The notes under the pieces were generated by a model that did no database searches, had not been told where the DNA came from, and saw nothing but the letters and a program-made list of their open reading frames with translations. A program made the position numbers and the translations under genes. Shown here piece by piece: positions 1 through 7,407 of a DNA stretch of 35,191 nucleotides (its first letter is position 1; each line of letters opens with the position of its first letter). Source of the DNA: Candidatus Parcubacteria bacterium (GTDB lineage Bacteria > Patescibacteriota > Minisyncoccia > UBA6257 > 2-01-FULL-56-20); contig DAIDLF010000028.1 of the NCBI GenBank assembly GCA_027449645.1, positions 1-35,191 on the forward strand, read 5' to 3'.

Positions 1-50
1 TTCTCCGCCTCCCTTATTGCAATGGTCAAAAATTTCTTTGAATCAATCAT
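1..50 (-). CDS. 5' end of a CDS running off the window (MIDSKKFLTIAIREAE...), possibly a nucleoside deaminase or inositol monophosphatase
   Basis: ATG at 50-48 with an open frame to the window edge. The N-terminal helix FLxIAIxEA resembles the starts of CDA/TadA-type deaminases and IMPases. Only 16 codons are visible. Confidence 0.4.
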   Translation of the reverse strand, partial: MIDSKKFLTIAIREAE

Positions 51-52
51 AG

Positions 53-124
53 TGCGCCTTGTAGGGATCGAACCTACGACCTCTCCGATGTGAACGGAAC
101 GCTCTACCACTGAGCTAAACGCCC
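53..124 (-). tRNA. tRNA-Val (anticodon CAC), CCA not encoded
   Basis: Reverse complement folds as GGGCGTT-TA-GCTC-AGTGGTA-GAGC-G-TTCCG-TT[CAC]AT-CGGAG-AGGTC-GTAGG-TTCGATC-CCTAC-AAGGCGC-A, with canonical D and T loops. The acceptor stem has two G.G mismatches. Confidence 0.93.
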
Positions 125-142
125 TTGTTGCCTTGCCAGAAA

Positions 143-171
143 ATTGTAGCGAAAGGGCGGGAAAAAAGCAA
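143..171 (-). promoter_or_regulatory. sigma70-type promoter for tRNA-Val
   Basis: Minus strand TTGCTT-17 nt-TACAAT, ending about 18 nt upstream of the tRNA. Confidence 0.6.
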
Positions 172-182
172 AAACAGGGAAC

Positions 183-220
183 AAAAAAAACGGGCACCGC
201 GCGCGGCACCCGTTTTTTTT
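183..220 (-). terminator. Intrinsic terminator after rplL
   Basis: Minus strand A8-CGGGTGCCG-CGCG-CGGTGCCCG-T8, a GC stem with G.U pairs, immediately after the rplL stop. Confidence 0.85.
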
Positions 221-221
221 G

Positions 222-593
222 TTACTTGATCTCCACTTCGGCGCCTGCCTCCGTGAGCTTCTTCTTGATCTCTTCGGCTTCCTCCTTCTTCGCGCCTTCC
301 TTCACCGCCTTCGGCGCATTGTCCACGAGGTCCTTCGCCTCCTTCAGGCCGAGCGCAGGGTTCACCTCGCGCACCGCCTTGATGACGTTGAGCTTGCTCG
401 CCCCGGCTGACTTCAGGATGACGTCGAAGCTGGTCTTCTCCTCGGCAGCGGCCGCCCCTGCGCCCGCACCGCCGGCAGCGGCCGGAGCCGCAGCCGAAAT
501 GCCGAACTTTTCCTCGAGGGTATGTACGAGCTCCGCGAGCTCTACGACCGTGAGGGACTCGATCTTCGCGATCAAATCATCGAAATTTGCCAT
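222..593 (-). CDS. rplL: 50S ribosomal protein L7/L12
   Basis: [23 protein letters not shown], Ala/Gly hinge, [28 protein letters not shown]. Confidence 0.99.
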   Translation of the reverse strand: MANFDDLIAKIESLTVVELAELVHTLEEKFGISAAAPAAAGGAGAGAAAAEEKTSFDVILKSAGASKLNVIKAVREVNPALGLKEAKDLVDNAPKAVKEGAKKEEAEEIKKKLTEAGAEVEIK

Positions 594-621
594 GATGATA
601 GTTGCTTATTGTTTGCTTGCG

Positions 622-1143
622 TTAGCTCGACCTTTTTGCTTTCTGGTCCAGAAGATACATGAAGGAACGGATGGGTCCGGCAAGGACGCCGAGGAACTGC
701 GCGAGGAGCACGTCGCGCGGCGGAAGGGTGCCGATCTTCACGACCTGCGCGCCTTCGATCATTGCGCTCGCCTTGATGTCATAGCCGCCGAGCAGCTTCT
801 TGATCCACGTATCTTTCGGCATGCCTTCGGGCAATTCCAAACCGGAGAAGAACCGGTACGCCGGCCCGGCAATCGTATCCGCGCCGCCCTCGGCGAAGAT
901 CGTGCCAACAGAGATCTTGAACTGAGAAAGGTCCATATCGATGCCGCGCTCCTTGAGGGCAATGCCCAGAAGGCGCTTCTTGATGACGAGGAAGTTGGCC
1001 CCGTTCTTCTTGAGCTCGATGCGGAGTTTGCGGAGATTTTCCGCCGTCACCTTGGTGAAGTCGGCAAAAATGAGCGACTGGCTTTTGGCGAGAAGCGCCC
1101 GCGCCTTCTCGAGCTCTTCGGTTTTCTGCGCTTTGGTTTTCAT
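622..1143 (-). CDS. rplJ: 50S ribosomal protein L10
   Basis: MKTKAQK start (ATG 1143), LRKLRIEL, VIKKRLLGIAL, C-terminal TLPPRDVLLAQFLGVL; directly upstream of rplL. Confidence 0.95.
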   Translation of the reverse strand: MKTKAQKTEELEKARALLAKSQSLIFADFTKVTAENLRKLRIELKKNGANFLVIKKRLLGIALKERGIDMDLSQFKISVGTIFAEGGADTIAGPAYRFFSGLELPEGMPKDTWIKKLLGGYDIKASAMIEGAQVVKIGTLPPRDVLLAQFLGVLAGPIRSFMYLLDQKAKRSS

Positions 1144-1179
1144 GGTGATGATGGGTCGACGATAATGATTGATAAAAGA

Positions 1180-1272
1180 AAAACGGCCATCCAAAGCCGC
1201 TGCCGTACAGAGCCTTTCCTCTATAGGGCTTACCCGCCATTTCTCCGGCGGAACCTATGATCTTTGGAAGTG
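1180..1272 (-). promoter_or_regulatory. L10 leader (ribosomal protein autoregulatory RNA)
   Basis: 5' UTR of rplJ reads CCAAAGATCATAGG...hairpin...TAAGCCCTATAGAGG, matching the AAGAC-NNAGG/TAA/CCTNN-GAGG pattern of L10 leaders. Confidence 0.7.
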
Positions 1273-1277
1273 GTCTC

Positions 1278-1305
1278 AGTATAGCGCAACCCCGCCATTT
1301 GTCAA
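1278..1305 (-). promoter_or_regulatory. sigma70 promoter of rplJ-rplL
   Basis: Minus strand TTGACA-16 nt-TATACT just upstream of the leader. Confidence 0.8.
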
Positions 1306-1943
1306 ACCGGCCGCTTCCACTCGGTGAGCTTGCCCGCACGGCGCTCCAGGGGATGCGCAAGCCGCAGCCTTGCAAGGGCGCGCTGGGGCGCGATGGCGAA
1401 GTGCGGCGAGCGGTCGAGGGCATTGTTGATTTCCCAGAGGTCCCTTTCTGCCGTAAGCCATGCGCTTCCGAACCGCAGAAGGCTGAACGGGCGCGAATAG
1501 CTCCGCAAGGTCTTCGTGCCGTCATCCAGGAAGTATTCATGGAAAAAGGACATCGCGAGCTCGCGCGGCGTGCGATAAATGGGGTCGCGGAATCTGAGCA
1601 CGGCGTGATTCGTCTTGCTGAGGGCGCCCCAAAGCCCCCCGCGGCGGAACAGCGCCACCACATGGTCGTGATCGCCCCGGCCTTTCTGGACCTTGAGGTC
1701 CATGAGGAGCGGGGGCTCGCCGTGATACCAGAGCGCGGCGGCGGCAAGGAGCGCGCCCTCTATGCAATGGGCTTCGCGGCGGCAAAGCACGGTGAGCGGC
1801 GAGCGCGACGTATCGCCCCCGGGTTCAAAGTTGATCTTCAGGGAATCCAAAAAATCCTGGATCTTCTCCGGCGTATCCAGTTTTGCGAACAGGGCAGATG
1901 CCTCGGGATGGTCCTTCAGTGCCGTTTTCGGGAACATGCTCAT
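1302..1943 (-). CDS. Transglutaminase-like cysteine protease, vasohibin-like
   Basis: Motifs IQDFLDSLKIN, AHCIEGALLAA, DHVVALF and WGALSKTN...FRDPIYRTPRELAMSF parallel the vasohibin catalytic core as recalled from memory. Confidence 0.7.
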   Translation of the reverse strand: MSMFPKTALKDHPEASALFAKLDTPEKIQDFLDSLKINFEPGGDTSRSPLTVLCRREAHCIEGALLAAAALWYHGEPPLLMDLKVQKGRGDHDHVVALFRRGGLWGALSKTNHAVLRFRDPIYRTPRELAMSFFHEYFLDDGTKTLRSYSRPFSLLRFGSAWLTAERDLWEINNALDRSPHFAIAPQRALARLRLAHPLERRAGKLTEWKRPV

Positions 1944-1962
1944 GGCAAATCGTGGCTATGCA

Positions 1963-2991
1963 TTATCCATGCCGGACCTCCAGCACATCGCCATCCTGCA
2001 CTTCATATTCCTTCCCTTCCACCCGGAGCCAGCCCTTCTGCTTCGCCTTGCTCCATCCGCCCGCCTCGAGCAGCTTGTCGCATGCAATCACCTCAAGCCG
2101 GATGAACTTATGCTCAAAATCCGTATGGATGACGCCTGCCGCCTGCGGGGCCTTCGTCCCCCGCGCGATCGTCCATGCGCGCGTCTCGTCCTCGCCGGTC
2201 GTGAAGAAGCTGATGAGGTCGAGCACGGCATAGGATTTCCGGACGAGGTCCGGTACGCCGTTCACCTGGGCCACGTCGGAGGCCAGATCTATGGCGAGAT
2301 GGTCGCCGCCGAGCGCCGCGATCCTTTCGGAAAGCGCGGGCGGCACGTCGGATGCGGTGCCGTTCAGAAGATAAAGCTGGCGCTTGAGGGTAAGGAGGTT
2401 GAGGTCGGCAAGCCGCACGTTCTCCTCGAGCTCCTTCACGAGCTCGGCATCCGCGCGCGGCAGATCGCCCGCCTCAAGGATCTTTTTGAGCCGGCCAAGC
2501 AATTCGCGGTCCTGCACGGCCTCCTTCTTTCCCGTGCGCGCCTCCGACTCCGATTTTGCATACCGCTTCTCCACCGACTCCAGATCCTTCAGGATAAGTT
2601 CCTGGTTGATGATCTCCAGGTCGCGCACAGGATCCACGGAATTTTCCACGTGGATGATCTCGGGGTTTTGGAACACGCGGAGGACAATGACGATCGCCTG
2701 CGTCTCGCGGATGTGCGCGAGGAACTGGTTGCCGAGACCCTCGCCCTTGTTCGCGCCCTTCACGAGGCCCGCAATATCGTAGAACTCCACGACGGCAGGG
2801 ATCTTCTTTTTTGACCTGCTCAATTCGTTCAATTTTTCCAGCCGCTCGTCCGGCACCGTAACGATGCCCACATTCGGATCAATGGTGGCGAACGGGTAAT
2901 TCGCGATCACGATATCCTGCTTGGTGAGCAGTTTAAAAAGCGTGGATTTGCCGACATTCGGGAGACCGACGATGCCGATGGAAAGTTTCAT
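1963..2991 (-). CDS. ychF: Redox-regulated Obg-family ATPase YchF
   Basis: GIVGLPNVGKST, ANYPFATIDPN, DIAGLVKGA..GEGLGNQFL, and TGS domain RAWTI...APQAAGVIHTDF...EGKEYEVQDGD. Confidence 0.98.
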   Translation of the reverse strand: MKLSIGIVGLPNVGKSTLFKLLTKQDIVIANYPFATIDPNVGIVTVPDERLEKLNELSRSKKKIPAVVEFYDIAGLVKGANKGEGLGNQFLAHIRETQAIVIVLRVFQNPEIIHVENSVDPVRDLEIINQELILKDLESVEKRYAKSESEARTGKKEAVQDRELLGRLKKILEAGDLPRADAELVKELEENVRLADLNLLTLKRQLYLLNGTASDVPPALSERIAALGGDHLAIDLASDVAQVNGVPDLVRKSYAVLDLISFFTTGEDETRAWTIARGTKAPQAAGVIHTDFEHKFIRLEVIACDKLLEAGGWSKAKQKGWLRVEGKEYEVQDGDVLEVRHG

Positions 2992-3059
2992 GATGATCGT
3001 GCAATGAATAAGCAGCGAGAGAAACCGATGCCTACAGGAGTCAGTGTAAGAGAAATAGC

Positions 3060-3178
3060 GCCGTCCGGCAAGGAGGTCCGAACCCTAAACCAGTTTATTG
3101 GCGCCAAATTTGTCGTCATTTCCCGCACACGGAACTTGGCTGAAAAGGCCTGATTTGCTAAGGTTTTTTCCGGACGGC
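3060..3178 (-). ncRNA. Candidate rod-like structured RNA upstream of ychF (unassigned)
   Basis: Nested helices on the minus strand: GCCGTCCGG/CCGGACGGC, AACCTTAG/TTAGGGTT or AAATCAG/CTGGTTT, and GCCAAGTT/AATTTGGC. G.U pairs favour the minus strand. Confidence 0.3.
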
Positions 3179-3219
3179 ATTCCGGAGCCCCGCGCAAAGG
3201 ATAGATTTCCAGTTTCTCC

Positions 3220-3247
3220 TTGCGGCATGGTGCCCTCTTTTTATAAT
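3220..3247 (+). promoter_or_regulatory. sigma70 promoter driving the riboswitch-led operon
   Basis: TTGCGG-16 nt-TATAAT, about 25 nt upstream of the aptamer. Confidence 0.7.
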
Positions 3248-3270
3248 GAATAGGCATTGGATGCGGCGTC

Positions 3271-3463
3271 GCGGCAAGGGCAAGGCGGTCGCGTCCAAAA
3301 CAAAAGCCATAAAGGCTGGGGAACGGAGAAGCAGGTGAAAATCCTGCACAGTGCCGCTACGGTGATCTGCGCGCAACATCATGCAATGATGGCCTGCGTG
3401 CGGAAAGTCCGGTCGCCGCTCCCCTGCCGTAAACGTCTGACATTCCTCGAGCAAGGGAAAGTG
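3271..3463 (+). promoter_or_regulatory. Cobalamin riboswitch (short, class II / AdoCbl-variant-like)
   Basis: Core GAGAA-GCAGG-TGAAAAT-CCTGC-ACAGTGCCGCTACGGTGA, then P6 TCTGCGCGC/GCGTGCGGA and AAGTCCG. P1 pairs GCGGCA..GGCGGT with GCCGCT..TGCCGT. The L5 TGCCG is complementary to the downstream hairpin loop CGAGCA (kissing loop). Confidence 0.8.
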
Positions 3464-3500
3464 GATACGCATTGCCGGCTTCGCCGCCGGCACCGATGTC

Positions 3501-3533
3501 CCTTCTCTCGCCGAGAAGGTTTTTTATTTTTTT
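3501..3533 (+). terminator. Intrinsic terminator (riboswitch attenuator) upstream of the 3563 CDS
   Basis: CCTTCTC-TCGCC-GAGAAGG followed by TTTTTTATTTTTTT, 30 nt before the ATG. Confidence 0.85.
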
Positions 3534-3562
3534 AAGATCACCCAATTCCCTCACCTCTCCCC

Positions 3563-5689
3563 ATGAACGAAGTCCTGAACCCGGAACTGGAAGAAGCCTG
3601 TCGCGAGACCATCCCCGAAATCGAATTGCGGGAGCAGGTTCCGGAGCGCGATCCCGCAGAGGAAGGCGCGGAGCTTTCGCCATCGCCGAAAAACGAAGAA
3701 GGCGAAAAATCCGGAACCGCATCCGGCCTCGATCTCGTGCTTGAGCGGCACGGGGGTGCCGAAGAGGACTGGAAGATCACCTACCACGAGAGCGGCCATC
3801 GTTTTGATCCCGAGGCCCGGGAGCTGCTCGACGAGCACGGGAAATCGCTCACGAAGGAAATAGAGACGTCGGACGACAATATGTCTGCCGAGAAGATCGC
3901 GGAGCATTACCGGATGCTCGATCATTTCCAATCGAACCCCGACAAGCCCTATCTCCTCCCCGACTGGGTGGAGCAGACCCAGCACGGCGAGGTGATCCAT
4001 TCCACCATCGTCACGCTCGACGAGAACAACATATTCCATTATGAAACGCGATCGCACGAGGTAATGGCGGATGAGCCGGAAGAAGAGGATGCGCGCGAAG
4101 AAGTCCAAGAAGCGCCGGAGGCGGGCATCCTTTCAGATGAAATTCCCGCTTCCGATGATGCCGCAGAAACCGTGGCCAGCATCCCGGTGCTCAGGATCGA
4201 TCTCAATGAAAAGATCCTCGGGTCCCTTTCGGCAGAGCAAGCATATAGTGCAACAGCCGAAACGGCGCCGATCGAGGAAGATATTCTCCCCGCGCTCCAT
4301 GAAAATCCCCATTACGAGACTGCGCCGCATGAAGTTCTTGCGACCATAGGAAAGGATGATGGCACATCGGAAGATGCAGGTCCCGAAACCATGGAGCAAT
4401 CCTCTGTCGCGGCTGAAGCGACGTTCATGGAGATCGCGCCCGCGGAGGCGGTTGGTGCCGAAGCCGCTCCCGAAACGGCAGAAGGGGGAGCGATAACGCA
4501 GGCTGATGGGGCGGCGGCACAAGAGATAAGTCCAATCCCAGAGACAAGCGCAGAAATGCCGGTAGCAGAAGCGGAGGAAGATGGCCAAATCCATCGCTTG
4601 CCCGAAACCGTGATGGCTCCTCGTGAGACAAGCGAATCTATGCCGGCAGACGGCACTGCCGAAGCCGAAACGCTTTCCGAAGCAGTCCTCGAACCTGCAT
4701 CGAGAGAGAAAGAAGGGTCAGAGGCAGAAACAACGGTCGGAAGCGCAGCGGCAGGAGAAAATACCCCCCGGGCCGAAACTGGGGCCGAAACCAGAACTGA
4801 GGCTGAAATTGAAATGTACCCTGCAGTCCATACTGCAGAAACCAGAGAAGCTGTCCAAGTTATGAAATCCTCGGCTGAAAAGGCAGGCGCGACGAATGAA
4901 AGCGAAGTGGAAAGCGCAGAGGCGCAAGCCATTGCCCACAAGACCGCGGCGCGCGCCGGGGAATCGCATCCTCCTCTCCAGGAAAATGCCGACATCGCCA
5001 AATCAGCGGAAAGTTCGACTGACAGGCCGGCAGTAAAAGAAAAAAATGCACCGATCGAGGCTGTCTCCCATGAAGACGCACCGGACTCCGCAGGGCACGA
5101 GATGACTGGTCCCGAAGAAAACGCGTGGACACGGGAAGTGATTGCCGCGCCGCAGGAAAAAACTCTCCCGCGCGAAGCAATCGCCATTGCGCAAAAGCCG
5201 GAGGCGGCGCAACAAGAATCGGCGGTTACCGTCGAGGCCTCCTCCACTGCCCCCGCCGTCGAGGCCCGCGTCATCGCCGCCGGCACTGCCACCGAACGTG
5301 CTGCTTATCCTGAACATGAAAGCGCGGCACTTCCGGAAAGTTCCGCCGAGAAAGATTCTGATATCGCCATCGAGGCATCTGCCGAAGCATCCAACCGCAC
5401 GGAAACGGCGGCAGCGGAAGGGATGACTGGAAGGGAGGTTTTATTGCGGTCGCTCGGTATCGTAACGGAACGGCGGAGCGCAGGTGCGGGCGCGGAGGCG
5501 AAAACGGGCGCGGCCGAGACCCTGGCTCCTTTCACCGTCACCGCGGCCCGCGCGGGCGCGGCAGCGGGAGCACAGACTGCCGGAGCGAACCAATCAGCCG
5601 GGTCACGGCAGCGGGAACAGGAGCTGAAACCGCGCGAACGCGCGAGTGGCACTTCCCTCAACGGGATCACCTTGCGCCGGGCGGCATGA
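3563..5689 (+). CDS. 708-aa acidic Glu/Ala/Thr-rich, largely disordered hypothetical protein
   Basis: Long ORF following the attenuator. About 165 aa of mixed-composition N-terminus, about 480 aa of low-complexity acidic sequence, and an Arg-rich C-terminus ending TLRRAA. No signal peptide or TM helix. Confidence 0.85.
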   Translation: MNEVLNPELEEACRETIPEIELREQVPERDPAEEGAELSPSPKNEEGEKSGTASGLDLVLERHGGAEEDWKITYHESGHRFDPEARELLDEHGKSLTKEIETSDDNMSAEKIAEHYRMLDHFQSNPDKPYLLPDWVEQTQHGEVIHSTIVTLDENNIFHYETRSHEVMADEPEEEDAREEVQEAPEAGILSDEIPASDDAAETVASIPVLRIDLNEKILGSLSAEQAYSATAETAPIEEDILPALHENPHYETAPHEVLATIGKDDGTSEDAGPETMEQSSVAAEATFMEIAPAEAVGAEAAPETAEGGAITQADGAAAQEISPIPETSAEMPVAEAEEDGQIHRLPETVMAPRETSESMPADGTAEAETLSEAVLEPASREKEGSEAETTVGSAAAGENTPRAETGAETRTEAEIEMYPAVHTAETREAVQVMKSSAEKAGATNESEVESAEAQAIAHKTAARAGESHPPLQENADIAKSAESSTDRPAVKEKNAPIEAVSHEDAPDSAGHEMTGPEENAWTREVIAAPQEKTLPREAIAIAQKPEAAQQESAVTVEASSTAPAVEARVIAAGTATERAAYPEHESAALPESSAEKDSDIAIEASAEASNRTETAAAEGMTGREVLLRSLGIVTERRSAGAGAEAKTGAAETLAPFTVTAARAGAAAGAQTAGANQSAGSRQREQELKPRERASGTSLNGITLRRAA

Positions 5690-5720
5690 CTCTTAACAAA
5701 CACGACAACCAACGATCACC

Positions 5721-7397
5721 ATGGCCGACTTCAAAAAGATCCCCTACTACAGTCTCCGCGCGGAAGCGCTCATCGGCACCCTGCCCGTGCTGATCGGCCG
5801 CGCACAGGAGCAGGAGCGGCTCACGCGCGTCATCAACCGCCGCATCAACAACAACGCGCTGATCGTCGGCCCGAGCGGGATCGGCAAGACGACGTTGGCC
5901 TACGGCTGGCTCAAGCGCCTGAGCGAACAGGAAAAATATGACAACCTCCAGCTGATCCAATTCGACACGGATCATTTTTACGGCATCGACGAGGCGATAG
6001 GCGGCGCAAATGGCGGTGCAGGCAAGGTCTACCGCGAAGCGCTCGCATCATTGCCGCCCTGCGTGCTCTTCATCGACAACTTCGGCCGCGCCATGCGCCA
6101 GAGCTCCAGCTTCGTGCACCAGGTGATGCGCCTCTATGATATGACCCTCAAGAAGCCGGACGTGCGCATGGTGATCGCGCTCCAGCCGCAGGAATACGCG
6201 TGGCTCGAACGGGAGCATCCCGCGTTCGTCCAACTCTTCGAGACGGTCCTCCTCAAGCCGCAGACGTCGGCGGAGTACGTGCGCATTTTGGAGACGGCGC
6301 TCCCCCGCCTCAATCACGAGCACCGCATCATCATCCCCACGCAGTCGCTGCAGGAGATCGTCGCGTATGCCGAACGCTTCCCCGCGCTCGGACAGCTGCC
6401 GCGCTCGGCGATCAGCCTCCTTGACGAAGGCATCGCGTTCGCGGCGGCGAGCGGCCGCAAGGAGCTGATGGGCAACGGCGTGGCGCAGGTGGTGGCGAGC
6501 AAGACCGGCATCCCGGTGAGCCAGCTCAATCCCGACGAACTCGCGTCGCTGAAGGAGCTGGAGCAGAAGCTCGGCGAACGGATCATCAGCCAGTCCGGCG
6601 CGATCGCGAAGATCGCCTCCACGCTCCAGCGCGCCAAGCTCGGCATCCGCAATCCACAGAAGCCGCTCGGCTCGTTCCTGATGCTCGGCCCGTCCGGCGT
6701 GGGCAAGACGGAGACGGCAAAACTGATCGCAGAGACAATGTTCGGCCGCAGCGAGAGCTTCATCCGGTTCGACATGTCCGAGTTCGCGCAGGACCACACC
6801 GTCCAGCGGCTGATCGGCGCGCCCGCCGGCTACACCGGCTACGAACAGGGCGGCGCGCTCACGAACGCCCTGCACGCGGAACCGCACTGCCTCATCCTGC
6901 TCGACGAGATCGAGAAAGCGCATCCCAAAATTTTTGATATCTTCCTCCAGGTGCTGGATGACGGCCGCCTGACGTCCGGCCAGAACGAGACCGTCGACGC
7001 CTGCAACGCGATCATCATGGCGACCTCGAACGTCGGCGTGGAGGAGATCCTGAAGGCCGCCGCCGCGGGCGAGACCGACCTGAACCGGCCGGAATTCATC
7101 CAGGAAAAGATGCTCCCCTTGCTCGCCGGTGCGTTCCGCCTTGAATTCCTGAACCGGTTCGACAGCATCCTTATCTTCAACCCGCTCAGCCTGCCGGGGC
7201 TCGTGCAGATCGCCCAGCTCGAGATAAAGAAGATCGAGCGGCGGCTGGCCAAGCACAACGTGCAGTTCACGATCGATCCCGCAGTGCTCGAGGAAAAGAT
7301 AAAGACGATGACCGACCCGCGCTTCGGCGCGCGCCCGGTGAAGCGCTTCATCGAGGAGACCTGCGAATCGCTGCTCGTGCAGTCGCTGTTACAATAA
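5721..7397 (+). CDS. ClpA/ClpB-family (Hsp100) AAA+ ATPase lacking N- and M-domains, with degenerate D1
   Basis: D1: LIGR..E, GPSGIGKT, LFIDNFG. D2: PLGSFLMLGPSGVGKTE, RFDMSEF, LIGAPAGYTGYEQGG, LLDEIEKAH, LDDGRLT, TSNVG, EFLNRFD, FGARP. Confidence 0.93.
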   Translation: MADFKKIPYYSLRAEALIGTLPVLIGRAQEQERLTRVINRRINNNALIVGPSGIGKTTLAYGWLKRLSEQEKYDNLQLIQFDTDHFYGIDEAIGGANGGAGKVYREALASLPPCVLFIDNFGRAMRQSSSFVHQVMRLYDMTLKKPDVRMVIALQPQEYAWLEREHPAFVQLFETVLLKPQTSAEYVRILETALPRLNHEHRIIIPTQSLQEIVAYAERFPALGQLPRSAISLLDEGIAFAAASGRKELMGNGVAQVVASKTGIPVSQLNPDELASLKELEQKLGERIISQSGAIAKIASTLQRAKLGIRNPQKPLGSFLMLGPSGVGKTETAKLIAETMFGRSESFIRFDMSEFAQDHTVQRLIGAPAGYTGYEQGGALTNALHAEPHCLILLDEIEKAHPKIFDIFLQVLDDGRLTSGQNETVDACNAIIMATSNVGVEEILKAAAAGETDLNRPEFIQEKMLPLLAGAFRLEFLNRFDSILIFNPLSLPGLVQIAQLEIKKIERRLAKHNVQFTIDPAVLEEKIKTMTDPRFGARPVKRFIEETCESLLVQSLLQ

Positions 7398-7407
7398 CCA
7401 CACCGCC

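Noticed and set aside
133-1260. 375-aa + strand ORF and other long antisense ORFs (e.g. 1762-2814, 6048-7256, 12882-14513, 19634-20983, 25490-26707)
   Set aside because: They lie opposite well-supported genes and are shadow ORFs expected from GC-rich codon bias; no family motifs.
3001-3200. SRP RNA or tmRNA
   Set aside because: No SRP domain IV motif (CAGG..GNRA..AGCAG in order) and no tRNA-like ends or tag reading frame.
2988-3535. Short ORFs 2988-3257 (-), 3158-3493 (-) and 3257-3535 (+)
   Set aside because: No protein-like features, and they overlap the promoter, riboswitch and terminator that better explain the region.
5721-7397. Calling the Clp ATPase ClpB or T6SS ClpV
   Set aside because: It lacks the N-domain and M-domain, D1 is degenerate, and no T6SS genes are in the window.
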